From Myxococcota bacterium (GTDB lineage: Bacteria > Myxococcota_A > UBA9160 > UBA6930): 64,000 nucleotides of DNA. How positions within the stretch are numbered: the first letter of the stretch is position 1; every line of letters starts with the position of its first letter. Both the position numbers and the translations under genes were made by a program. Under the pieces are notes generated by a model. The model was not told the origin of the DNA. It made no database searches and saw nothing but the letters and a program-made list of their open reading frames with translations. The stretch lies in the NCBI GenBank assembly GCA_965223705.1, contig OZ245015.1, positions 2,816,001-2,880,000 on the forward strand. The letters are read 5' to 3'. Shown one piece after another: positions 1 through 9,108 of the stretch.

Positions 1-274
1 TCGGCGCCAACCGTTCTGCGAGGACGAGGATGTCGAGCCAGCGATGAATCGGCGGCTCGCTCCCGAAAGCGACAACGGGGCCGCTGTTCTGCCCGGACCA
101 TGCGACGAGTTCCTCATTCTCACCGCCGGGAATCTGAGCGCCGACGGAATAGTCGAGCCCTTTGTGCTCGAAGATCGCCCGCGCCGCCTGGGACCACGGA
201 GAGGGGAAGTCGCGCACGATGACGATGCGAAGACCGGGATCGGAAATGATTTCGGGAATGCTCTTCCACTGCAT
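1..274 (-). CDS. Glutathione S-transferase-like protein, N-terminal part (runs off window start)
   Basis: Manual translation from ATG at 274: MQWKSIPEIISDPGLRIVIVRDFPSPWSQAARAIFEHKGLDY...SGPVVAFGSEPPIHRWLDILVLAERLAP; SPW motif and GST-N-like layout. Not in the ORF track. Confidence 0.6.
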   Translation of the reverse strand, partial: MQWKSIPEIISDPGLRIVIVRDFPSPWSQAARAIFEHKGLDYSVGAQIPGGENEELVAWSGQNSGPVVAFGSEPPIHRWLDILVLAERLAP

Positions 275-324
275 AGTCGCGATGGTAGCGCCTGACGCAG
301 CGCGGGTCGGACGCGGTGACCCGG

Positions 325-1098
325 CTACCGGGTCAGGAGTTCGATCAGGCCGTCCATCGTCGCGCGTTTTCGTTCGGAGACCGCGTGGAGTCGCGCCGCC
401 AACACCGCGGTTGCGGCGTGGGTCGCGAGCACGCGGAACAGCTCGTGGTCGAGCGGGCGGAAGCCGTACTTGCCCTCGATCAACGCCTCGACGACGATCG
501 CCCCCACCGGCCGCTGCTCATCGCGCAACGCCACCACCACGGGGGGTTCGACCGCGTCGCCACCCTCGCGCATCGGGGATACGACTGCCGGCGCACTCAT
601 CGCTCGCCAAATCGGTCCCTCGGGTTCCGCGACCGGAAGGAAATCCGCGCTGACCCCTTCGGCCACCGCGAGGCGCAGCCCCGCCGTCCGTTCATCGTAC
701 AGATACACCGCGAATTGCTGCGCGCCGATGGGCTCGCGGAGGATCTCACCGATCGACTGCACGACGCCTCGGGCTGTGCGCGACCCGTGGAGCTGATGCA
801 TCGCGTTGTACAGGTGGCCAATGCGCCAATGTTCCTCTTCGAGCGTCTGGCAACGTGATTCGAGTTCGCGATTTTCCTCGCGCAGCGCACTCGCGTGATC
901 GGTCGCCGCTTTCGCCTCGGCCTGAAGCTGTGCGTAGATGCGCGGGTCGAAGGGGTGCACTTCGCGACGAACCTGCCGGACCCGTTCTCGAAGCCGCGCG
1001 TTCTGAGCTGCCAGGTGCTGGAGCAGCGCCGCCGCCCGGGCGAGATCGCGCGCGACGTCCGTAGCGCGCTGGCGGTCGTTGCGAGTCGGGCCCTGCAC
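325..1098 (-). CDS. Coiled-coil plus GAF domain protein
   Basis: N-terminal coiled coil, then a GAF-like region (FAVYLYDE...VVVAL...VGAIVV...DHELFRVLATHAATA). Start moved to GTG 1098, which follows a GGAG RBS. Confidence 0.7.
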   Translation of the reverse strand: MQGPTRNDRQRATDVARDLARAAALLQHLAAQNARLRERVRQVRREVHPFDPRIYAQLQAEAKAATDHASALREENRELESRCQTLEEEHWRIGHLYNAMHQLHGSRTARGVVQSIGEILREPIGAQQFAVYLYDERTAGLRLAVAEGVSADFLPVAEPEGPIWRAMSAPAVVSPMREGGDAVEPPVVVALRDEQRPVGAIVVEALIEGKYGFRPLDHELFRVLATHAATAVLAARLHAVSERKRATMDGLIELLTR

Positions 1099-1100
1099 CC

Positions 1101-2765
1101 TTAGCTCTCCTGCTCGAGTACGAGTTCGAGAAGAGCACGCTCGAGCGCAATCGCGGCGGTGTGGAGCCCCACCTCGAGGCTTCGCGTATCGGGCAACGGC
1201 GCGCCGCTCGGGAGGTTGTCGGCGTAGAGCACGGCAGCGAGTGAATCGCCACCTCGGATGGGTGCCCAATACGCTTCGCGCGCAATTTCGGCCCCGACGG
1301 CCGTAGCGAGCTCTTCGGGTGGCTTCATGATCGCGGCGTCCGACTCGAGGAGAATCGGCGCCAGGTCGGGCCGGAGCGAGAGATCGATGTCCACGTTCCG
1401 GAAACCGGCACTGTCGGGCCCCCCGGCCGCTTCGAGCCCGTGCTGCGAGAGCCCGCAGAGTCGCCCGTCGCGGAAGACGAAAAGCGCAACGCGTTCGAAT
1501 ATTTCTGACGCGAAGGCAAGAACCAACTCGAGCACCTGACCGCGGCTCTCGGGCGCGTTCAGGCGCGAGGTGAACGCATGCAGACGCTCGATCTCGTTGG
1601 GGCCCGACAAGCTCTCGGTCGGTTGGGGAGCCGGCGCCACCGATTCGGCGGGCGCGTCGGGTTCCGTCTGCTCGACGGCCGCCGCGGCGGTCGCCGGGTC
1701 GTTGCGGGAACCGAGCGCCGCACGGAGTTCAAGGGCCAGCGCCTTGCGCCGCTCTTTGTGCTGGGCCTCGCCCAGCACGCTGCGATCCGGTCGTGTCGCC
1801 ACGGCGAAAAACGGCGACAGGTCGACATTTGAATCGACCTCGGGGTCACAGAGCAGGAGCATCGGAAGGTTCGCTCCTTGCGCCTGCAAGCGGGTCAGCA
1901 CCCCCTCCCAGGCACTGGTCGATCCATCGTTCGGCTCGGCACACTCGGGGAGGTGTTGGCTCAGGATGACACCGGGCGTCACGCCGCGAACGAAGTAGTA
2001 CCGGAGGCGCTCCACCGCGGGCTCGAGGGACTGGAAGATGTGGACGAAGTGCGCGCAACCGTGGAGTGCATGCTTCAGCCATTCGAGCACGTCGAGGTCT
2101 CGATCGATCGCGATCAACGGTCCGTCGAAGCCGGGAATGGTCTCGTCCGGACGGCCGGGTTCGTCAGGCCCTCCGTCGACCAGCTCTTCTTGAAAGTCCG
2201 GCATGGGAAAGTCGGGCAGCGTCTCCGCCTCGCCCGAAAATGAAATGGCGAAGTCATCGTCCTCCTGACTCTCCTCGTCGAGGAGTCGGACGCCCTCGAG
2301 CGCGAGGAATTGCGCGTTGAGACCGACTTTGAGGCGCATCTCCCGCGCCTCGAGTTCATCGATCGACTGCCCGCTCATGTCGAAGGTCCATTTGCCTTCA
2401 TTCCACGTGAAAAGGGAGAGGACCGAGGCCTCCGCCACTTCCCGCAGCAAGCTGTCGAGGCGCTCTTCATCGAGCTCGGTGTGTTCGCAGAGCAACGCCG
2501 CGAAGCTCACGGAGCGCTCGCGCGCGTCGCGGTGGAGCGACTCGACTCGATCCTTTTCCAGCGCGCCGGCCGCCAGGACCACTTCTGCGAGGGTCTCGAT
2601 CCCGCCCTCGACGAGCACGCCTTCGATGTTGCCTTGGGTGAGATAGACACGAGCCCCGGACCCGGATGTCTGATGGAGATGCAGGACACCGGATTTACCC
2701 GAGATGGTCAGGATCTGAAGGATTTCTCCGAACCCCAGATCTTCGAGTCGACCGACCAGACTCAT
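1101..2765 (-). CDS. DUF4388 (PatA_N-like) domain protein with receiver-like and C-terminal GAF-like domains
   Basis: MSLVGRLEDLGFGEILQIL..SGKSGVL and FTWNEGKWTF are DUF4388 hallmarks; central REC-like segment; C-terminus AAVLYADN is GAF-like. Confidence 0.8.
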   Translation of the reverse strand: MSLVGRLEDLGFGEILQILTISGKSGVLHLHQTSGSGARVYLTQGNIEGVLVEGGIETLAEVVLAAGALEKDRVESLHRDARERSVSFAALLCEHTELDEERLDSLLREVAEASVLSLFTWNEGKWTFDMSGQSIDELEAREMRLKVGLNAQFLALEGVRLLDEESQEDDDFAISFSGEAETLPDFPMPDFQEELVDGGPDEPGRPDETIPGFDGPLIAIDRDLDVLEWLKHALHGCAHFVHIFQSLEPAVERLRYYFVRGVTPGVILSQHLPECAEPNDGSTSAWEGVLTRLQAQGANLPMLLLCDPEVDSNVDLSPFFAVATRPDRSVLGEAQHKERRKALALELRAALGSRNDPATAAAAVEQTEPDAPAESVAPAPQPTESLSGPNEIERLHAFTSRLNAPESRGQVLELVLAFASEIFERVALFVFRDGRLCGLSQHGLEAAGGPDSAGFRNVDIDLSLRPDLAPILLESDAAIMKPPEELATAVGAEIAREAYWAPIRGGDSLAAVLYADNLPSGAPLPDTRSLEVGLHTAAIALERALLELVLEQES

Positions 2766-2992
2766 CCCGTGTCCCGCCCTCCACAGGGCGCGCGCGACGC
2801 GCGCACCTCGTCCGGGTGGTCATCGGCAGAAAGGCGGCCCCCACTTAGAACGGGCGTGACAAGCGATTTCCCCCGCGGGAGCGCTACGTTTCGTGGCTGG
2901 AGGCGGCGTGAATTTCCGGCACAATTCGGCCCGCGAGCAACTGGAGGACGGCGAGACCCACGCGGAGGGCCGTTCGAGCCGCCAGCCTTCCC

Positions 2993-4036
2993 GTGTTTCG
3001 TAGCCGCATCTCGGGTTTGGGGATCGCACTTCCCCAACAGCGAGAAGAGCTCGGCGCAGTTGGGCACCCGGGGCTGCCCGATGTATCTCGGCTCACCGGT
3101 ATCGAACGCGTTCGCGTCTCTGCCGAGGGCGAGGATTCCCGGACCCTCGCGCAGGGCGCCGCCCGGCGGGCCTTGGCGGCAAGCGGCCGATCCCCGGAGA
3201 GCATCGATCTCGTGATCTACGCCGGGATCACGCGCTTCACCCAGGGGCTTCGCCGCTTCCGACTGGAGCCCTCCCTCGCAGAAACTCTCGCGAGCGAGCT
3301 CGGGGCCAGACACGCGCTGTGCCTCGACCTGACGAACGCATGCGCCGGGGCGATGACGGCAATCCACATGGCGGATCTCCTGATCGGCAGCGGAGACGCG
3401 GAGCGCGTCCTCGTCGTGACGGGCGAGTATCTGCGCCACGTCGGTCGCAACGCTGCGCCTCACGTCGACCGCTGGGACCACCCCGAACTGGCGTCCCTCA
3501 CCCTCGGCGACGCCGGCGCCGCCGTGTGTCTCGAGGCGCCAGAGGCCGGCGACGCGGCGGGCGGGGGTTTCATAGCCGGGAGTTTCGAGACGCTTCCCGA
3601 ACACGCCGACCTGTGCGTCGCCGGGCCGGCCCCGCGACGCGCCGGAGGCACGATGCGAACGGACGCCGCGACGATCCATATCGAGGCGATCCGACGCGCT
3701 CCCGTCGTGATGGAAAGATCACTCGACGAGGCGGGATTGCCATACGCCGCGATCGACCTCGTAATTCCGCACCAGACCTCCATCCGCGCGATCCGTGCCG
3801 GGCGACGCCACTTCGCGGAACACTTCGGCGAAGACGCCGCCGCGTGGGGTGTCTCTCTTTCGGAGTACGGGAACACCGCAACCTGTACCCACTTCATCGC
3901 GTTGGCAGAAGCGATCGCTGCGGGAACGTGCCAGCCCAACCGGCACATCATGTTCCTCGTCTTCGCTTCGGGCTTGGTGGTGGGGAGCCTGATCTACCGC
4001 GTGCCGAAGCGCATCCCCTGCACAGGTGCGATATGA
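2993..4036 (+). CDS. 3-oxoacyl-ACP synthase III family protein (FabH/OleA-like)
   Basis: LTGIERVR, EPSLA, DLTNACAG (Cys), LTLGDAGAA, PHQ (His), YGNT (Asn). Confidence 0.85.
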   Translation: MFRSRISGLGIALPQQREELGAVGHPGLPDVSRLTGIERVRVSAEGEDSRTLAQGAARRALAASGRSPESIDLVIYAGITRFTQGLRRFRLEPSLAETLASELGARHALCLDLTNACAGAMTAIHMADLLIGSGDAERVLVVTGEYLRHVGRNAAPHVDRWDHPELASLTLGDAGAAVCLEAPEAGDAAGGGFIAGSFETLPEHADLCVAGPAPRRAGGTMRTDAATIHIEAIRRAPVVMERSLDEAGLPYAAIDLVIPHQTSIRAIRAGRRHFAEHFGEDAAAWGVSLSEYGNTATCTHFIALAEAIAAGTCQPNRHIMFLVFASGLVVGSLIYRVPKRIPCTGAI

Positions 4037-4860
4037 GAGCCGGGATCGCAGCGGTCCGTACGGGACGCGGCCAGGGAGAGGCGCGGGACGTGGCCGCCAA
4101 GCGGGCGGAAACGTGCTTGGCTGCGACACCCGGGCCCTCTCCGACCTTGTGCGTTCACGTCGGGAGCTTTCGCGACGCGGATCGCGTCGAGCCCGCCGAA
4201 GCGCCGCGGATCGTCGCCGCCATGTCCGCGAACGGAGAAGCCCGGCCGCAGCTCGCGTTTGACGTCGATCATCTCGTCGCCGCCTGGCAATTGGCGAGCC
4301 GATGGGTGGCCCAGCGGGGTGAACGCGCCCTCGTCGTCGCAGCCGATCGGCGCGTCCGCGCTGACGTTTCGGGCAGTGGGGTCGCCAACGCCGCGGCCGC
4401 GGTCGTCCTTGCACCGACCGATCGCCCCGGTGGGTTCCAGAGCTTTTATCGATTCCCAGCGATCCAGCGACCTGCGACCAGCGATCTCAACTGGGATGCC
4501 GGCGATGCGCGGCACGCGCTCTCGGTCGCTCCCCCTCCCGACGCGCGAGCGGCGGCGCATGCCGCCGGCGCGGTGACCGACCTCATCGCAAGGCTCGGTT
4601 TGTCTCCCGGCGATCTTCGGGTGTGCGCGACCCAGCGCGGGCCCGAGGTCGTCGGCGCGTTGCGCGCCGCGTTCCCAGATGCCTGCGTGCCGCGTGTAGC
4701 CGACGAGCTCGAACCCCTACACAGTGCCGGTCCGTTGTTCGCCTTCGAATCCGCCGAAGGAGAATCCCGCGGCCATGTGCTCTTCGTGACCGTCACGAAC
4801 GCGGGCTCCACGCACGTCGCCTACTACCGGAATGAAGCCCCGTGTCGGGTCTCGTCTTAG
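4033..4860 (+). CDS. Degenerate, probably non-catalytic ketosynthase III-like protein
   Basis: ATGA overlap with the upstream gene; colinear motifs VEPAEA, LAFDV, RALVVAAD, AAAAVVL; no Cys/His/Asn triad. Confidence 0.6.
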   Translation: MRAGIAAVRTGRGQGEARDVAAKRAETCLAATPGPSPTLCVHVGSFRDADRVEPAEAPRIVAAMSANGEARPQLAFDVDHLVAAWQLASRWVAQRGERALVVAADRRVRADVSGSGVANAAAAVVLAPTDRPGGFQSFYRFPAIQRPATSDLNWDAGDARHALSVAPPPDARAAAHAAGAVTDLIARLGLSPGDLRVCATQRGPEVVGALRAAFPDACVPRVADELEPLHSAGPLFAFESAEGESRGHVLFVTVTNAGSTHVAYYRNEAPCRVSS

Positions 4861-7181
4861 TCCTGTTCGCGCTGATCGCCGGCGCAACCGCCCTGGCCTT
4901 CGGTCGCCCGGCGTCGGTGATCCGTCATGCGCGGGCGGTCCTTGTCTCGATCGGTTTCGGGGCCGCCCTCGCCCTCGTCGGTCTGATCGACGTCGGAACG
5001 GGACACCCCCGCATCCGACTCGACGCCTCGGAAGAGCCGTTGATGGTGGGCGAGGATCCCGAACGCGGGGTCTACGACACCGCGACCCGCCGCTTCGGCC
5101 GGGATGATCAGGTGCTCGTCGTCCTCGCAGCGCCGTCGGTGTGGGAGGAGCAGACCCTCACGACTTTGCGCGAGGCCGCGGACCGGCTGGCGGATCTCCC
5201 GCACGTCCGACGCGTCGAGGGGCTCGTCAATACCCCCGACTACCGCTTCGACACCGAGTGGGGCGGCATCCGATTTCGCGAGCTGATCGAAAACGTCCCG
5301 GATGCGGCCGACGAACGCGAAGCGTTGCGACAACGCGTCCTCGAGGACCCGGTCTATCCGAAGCTCTGGGTCGCGCCCGACGGAAGGATGAGCGCGCTCC
5401 TCATTTCGTTCGCGCCGGTAACGGATCAGGAACTCATCGATTCGGGGTTTCACGAACGGCTCGAGGGCGAGCTCGCCCGCTTGGCGGTCGCTGAAACCCG
5501 CTGGCACGTCACGGGCCGACCGCACATCAAAGCGCGCGCGATCGACGTGATGGTGCGTGACCTGTCGCGCCTCATCCCGCTCGCCGTGGCAATCGCGACA
5601 CTCGTCGTCCTTCTCTTCACGCGATCTGTCGTGGGCGCGGCCCTTCCGCTCGCCAATGCCATCCTCGCCTCGGTCGTGACCTTCGCGGTGATGTCCCGGG
5701 CGCAGGTGCCGATCAACCTCATCACGCTCGTGCTCGGGCCTACCCTGATCTCCTTGGGCGGGCTCTACGGCGTGCACGTCGTGAGTCTCCACACATTGGG
5801 TGAGCGAGCGGATTGCCCGAAAGCCCGAGCCCTCGCGACTCTCTGTCGCGTTCGCCTCCCGATCCTCCTCGCCGGCGTCTCGACCTGCGTGGGGTTCTTC
5901 GCTCTCATGGTGACGGGCGTTCCGGCGACGCGAGAGCTCGGATTCTTCGGGGCATTTGGCATGGCGACGCTGACCCTGCTCTCCTTGACCGGGTTGCCCG
6001 CCGCATTGGCTCTTCTTCCCGATCGCGCGCTCCCCCTCCGCTCCGAAGCGCAGGCCGAGCTTCTCGACCGCGCCTTGGCGACCACAGGCCGCTGGGTCAC
6101 CGCCCACAGCGGCGCCATCATCGCCGCCTTCGGCCTGACAACGGTCGCGGCCGCGGCCATCTTGCCGCGCGTCATCGTGGACACCGACTACTTGAGCTTC
6201 TTCGACCGCAAGGCGACGGTTCGAACGGACTACCGCGCCATTGCGGACGGCCTCATCGGCCCCACCCCGCTGTACCTCGTCTTCGAAGGCGAATCGGAAG
6301 GCGCGTTCCGTTCGCCCACGACCTTGCGCTCGCTGGACGCTCTCGCCCGAGAGCTCGAAGCTCTGCCCGCGATCTCCGCCGTGTTCTCCATGGTCGAACC
6401 CGTGCGGAAGCTCAATCGAGCCCTCGCCCACCCGAAGCCCGATTCCCTGCGCATCCCGGACACCCGCGAAGAAGTCAGCGACGCGCTCTTTCTGATTCCG
6501 AAGCGCGAGCTGCGGCGCTTTGCCACGTCGAACCACCGCGCCGCGAACCTGGTTCTCCACACCGATCGGCTGGGTTCGCGAGAGCTGCGCGCGTTGCGCG
6601 CCGATATCGGGCAGGTACTTGCGCAGTCGGCCCACGCGGCGAACTTGCCGACCGCCCAACTCACCGGAAACGCGCTCGTGCTCAATCGAAGCGCCGACTT
6701 TGTCGCCGGCGATCAAGTGCGCGCGATCGGTGCAGCCGCTTGCGCCATCTTTCTACTGGTCGGTGTCGTCTTCCGTTCCTGGCGAGCCGCTTGCATCGCG
6801 ATGGTTCCGAACCTCGTCCCGGTGATCTTGTTCTTCGGTGTCCTCGCGATGGGCTTCGCGTCGCTGTCGTTTCCCACGGGCCTGATCGGTTGCCTCACAC
6901 TCGGCGTGGCGCTCGACGACACCCTTCACTTCTTGAGCCACTATCGCCGGGAGCGTCGTTCCGGGCTGGCCCCTGCCGCAGCCGCCGAGCGCTCCCTCGC
7001 GCGCGTCGGCCGAGCGATCGTCATCACGACCGTGATGCTCGTGGCCGGGTTCGGATCGATTCTCGTGTCGGGGTTCGCCACGATCCGGGAGTTCGGCGCC
7101 TTGACCGCGACCGTGATGGGCTTGTGCCTGGCGACGGATCTGTTGCTCTTCCCGGCGCTGCTCATCCGCTTCCGGATCTGA
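4842..7181 (+). CDS. MMPL/RND family lipid transporter
   Basis: Two repeats of a periplasmic domain plus TM bundle; GVALDDTLH and GRAIVITT motifs; 779 aa. Confidence 0.85.
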   Translation: MSGLVLVLFALIAGATALAFGRPASVIRHARAVLVSIGFGAALALVGLIDVGTGHPRIRLDASEEPLMVGEDPERGVYDTATRRFGRDDQVLVVLAAPSVWEEQTLTTLREAADRLADLPHVRRVEGLVNTPDYRFDTEWGGIRFRELIENVPDAADEREALRQRVLEDPVYPKLWVAPDGRMSALLISFAPVTDQELIDSGFHERLEGELARLAVAETRWHVTGRPHIKARAIDVMVRDLSRLIPLAVAIATLVVLLFTRSVVGAALPLANAILASVVTFAVMSRAQVPINLITLVLGPTLISLGGLYGVHVVSLHTLGERADCPKARALATLCRVRLPILLAGVSTCVGFFALMVTGVPATRELGFFGAFGMATLTLLSLTGLPAALALLPDRALPLRSEAQAELLDRALATTGRWVTAHSGAIIAAFGLTTVAAAAILPRVIVDTDYLSFFDRKATVRTDYRAIADGLIGPTPLYLVFEGESEGAFRSPTTLRSLDALARELEALPAISAVFSMVEPVRKLNRALAHPKPDSLRIPDTREEVSDALFLIPKRELRRFATSNHRAANLVLHTDRLGSRELRALRADIGQVLAQSAHAANLPTAQLTGNALVLNRSADFVAGDQVRAIGAAACAIFLLVGVVFRSWRAACIAMVPNLVPVILFFGVLAMGFASLSFPTGLIGCLTLGVALDDTLHFLSHYRRERRSGLAPAAAAERSLARVGRAIVITTVMLVAGFGSILVSGFATIREFGALTATVMGLCLATDLLLFPALLIRFRI

Positions 7182-7184
7182 GCT

Positions 7185-7997
7185 CTACGGGCGCTTCCGG
7201 CTCAACCGATTCGCCTCGAAGAGCCGGTCCGCGATGTCCGGATTCGGTTCGAGCTGATCGACGAAGAGAATCGATTGGGTCTTTTCTCGAATGTCGGTCA
7301 TGCGCGCTTCCATCGGCACCCAAGCGCCGCCGTGGACTTCGACGCGATCCCGCGGAATATCGAGCTCGTTGACATGCAGACCGCGAAGACTCCAGTTCTT
7401 CACCAGCAGCGGAACCGGAAATTCCTGATCGATATAGAACACGCTCTTTGAGTATTGGGGCCTGCTTTCGGGGACGTAATCGACTTCGACCACGTACACG
7501 GGAACTTCCTGAACTCGCTCGTCGGGGAGTCGCTTGTAGGTCGCGTCGTCGATCACGCGAACCATCGCGATATCTTCCAGGGTGAAGTCCGTCGCGAAGA
7601 TGGTCTCGCGCGAGGTGTCGACGCGCGCCACGCGCTCGCGGCGCTTCGAGTAGTGATAGCCGTCGTTTTCCTGTCGATGCCGCTCGATGAACAGATAGCC
7701 GCTGTCGCGCTTGTCGTTCGGGTACGTGAACTTCATCATCGTCTTTGAGACGATGCCCGCCGCGTTGGCTCCGCCGTCGACCCGAAAGTCCTTGAACCGA
7801 GACCAGAACCGGAGCTCCTGGGTGTCGCCACCCGGGTCGGTGGAGACGAATCGTTGCTCGGCGTGAGAGGAGCGCAAGCGGTTGTCGATCATTCGCTGGT
7901 AGATGTCGCGGCCCGATAGCTCTTCGGCACCGAGCGACACGGGCGCCGAGACGGCGATCGCGGCGACGAGGGCTAGGACATGAGCGCTGCGGACCAT
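7185..7997 (-). CDS. Outer-membrane lipoprotein-sorting (LolA-like) periplasmic protein
   Basis: Signal peptide; F.YP.D.R.SGYL, IFATDFTLED, YSKSVFYID motifs; AGGAGG RBS before ATG 7997. Confidence 0.75.
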   Translation of the reverse strand: MVRSAHVLALVAAIAVSAPVSLGAEELSGRDIYQRMIDNRLRSSHAEQRFVSTDPGGDTQELRFWSRFKDFRVDGGANAAGIVSKTMMKFTYPNDKRDSGYLFIERHRQENDGYHYSKRRERVARVDTSRETIFATDFTLEDIAMVRVIDDATYKRLPDERVQEVPVYVVEVDYVPESRPQYSKSVFYIDQEFPVPLLVKNWSLRGLHVNELDIPRDRVEVHGGAWVPMEARMTDIREKTQSILFVDQLEPNPDIADRLFEANRLSRKRP

Positions 7998-8034
7998 GGC
8001 TGGCTCCTCCTGACTTCGGCATGCTCCGGGCGCC

Positions 8035-8367
8035 ATGCCCGTGCGCCGCCTAGATGTAGCACTGAACGACTTCACTCCCGAGGAAATGACCTGGTGTCGC
8101 TCCCGAATCACGGCGCTTCGAATCATGCTCCCCGCCCTCGACCCCGTACTGCACTCGCTGATCCGCGCGATGGCCAACGAGCGCCGAGCGGACGGTGCGT
8201 ACCCGGACGAGCTCACACTCCCGCTCGAGAAAGCGAGCGTGGGCGAGCTCGAACTCGCTGCCGATCTGCTGGGCAGGCTCGCGGGAGCCGCGCGCGACGA
8301 GGAGCAACCGGGCCCCGCGAAGCTCCTCGACGCTCTCGTCGGTGAGGTGCGGGACGCCCTCGCTTAG
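8035..8367 (+). CDS. Hypothetical protein
   Basis: 110-aa ORF that fills the gap, has protein-like composition and a stop overlapping the convergent gene. Confidence 0.5.
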   Translation: MPVRRLDVALNDFTPEEMTWCRSRITALRIMLPALDPVLHSLIRAMANERRADGAYPDELTLPLEKASVGELELAADLLGRLAGAARDEEQPGPAKLLDALVGEVRDALA

Positions 8368-9053
8368 TCTGGCCTGTCACCGTCGAAATCGAAGAACGTC
8401 GCGAACTCCTCAACCGGGCGACGCTCCGTGCGCAGCGCGTTGATCGGTGCCGTCTCGTCCTCCCAACCGATCGCCATGCCGCATACGAGGACCTCGTCGT
8501 CCGTAACCGGCAAGTGTTTGCGCACGGCTTTGTGAAACGGTGGCCAGGCGGCCTGGGGGCACGTGTGGAGCCCCTGGCCCCGCGCCGCCGTCATGACGTT
8601 TTGCAGGAACATGCCGTGATCGATCCAACTGCCGAGCTCGAGCGCGCGATCGATGAAGAAGAACAGGCCCACCGGCGCACCGAAGAAGCGAAAATTTTCG
8701 GCGTGCTGGGCGTGCATCTTGTCGTGTTGCCCGCGCTCGATCCCCAGGAGCCCGTACATCGCCCAGCCGACTTTCCGACGGCGCTCCTTGTAGGCCGGCG
8801 GGAACTCGTCGGGGTAGTACGGGTATTCGGGTTCGCGCGTTTCGGGCCCCCCACGGTGGAGCTCCAACGCATCGCGGGTGATCGCGTCCTTCGTGTCGCC
8901 GCGGACAACGAATACGCGCCATGGCTGCATGTTCGTCCCACTCGGCGCTCGGGACGCGATTCGCAGAATATGCGCCAGCGTTTCCCGGGGCACCGGGCGA
9001 TCGAGAAAGGCGCGCACCGAGCGGCGGGTCGCGATGGCGTGATCCGTATCCAC
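8364..9053 (-). CDS. Nitroreductase (NfnB-like)
   Basis: RRSVRAF, RAPSGTNMQPW, FRFFGAP, GLHTCPQAAW. Confidence 0.9.
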   Translation of the reverse strand: MDTDHAIATRRSVRAFLDRPVPRETLAHILRIASRAPSGTNMQPWRVFVVRGDTKDAITRDALELHRGGPETREPEYPYYPDEFPPAYKERRRKVGWAMYGLLGIERGQHDKMHAQHAENFRFFGAPVGLFFFIDRALELGSWIDHGMFLQNVMTAARGQGLHTCPQAAWPPFHKAVRKHLPVTDDEVLVCGMAIGWEDETAPINALRTERRPVEEFATFFDFDGDRPD

Positions 9054-9108
9054 AGGCTTCTCCTCTGCGGCGGGCAGCGTAGCGGAGGCGTCGCGTTATG
9101 GTTCCCGC

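Noticed and set aside
2993..7181. Complete oleABCD olefin pathway
   Set aside because: There is no adjacent OleC (AMP-ligase), OleD (reductase) or OleB gene.
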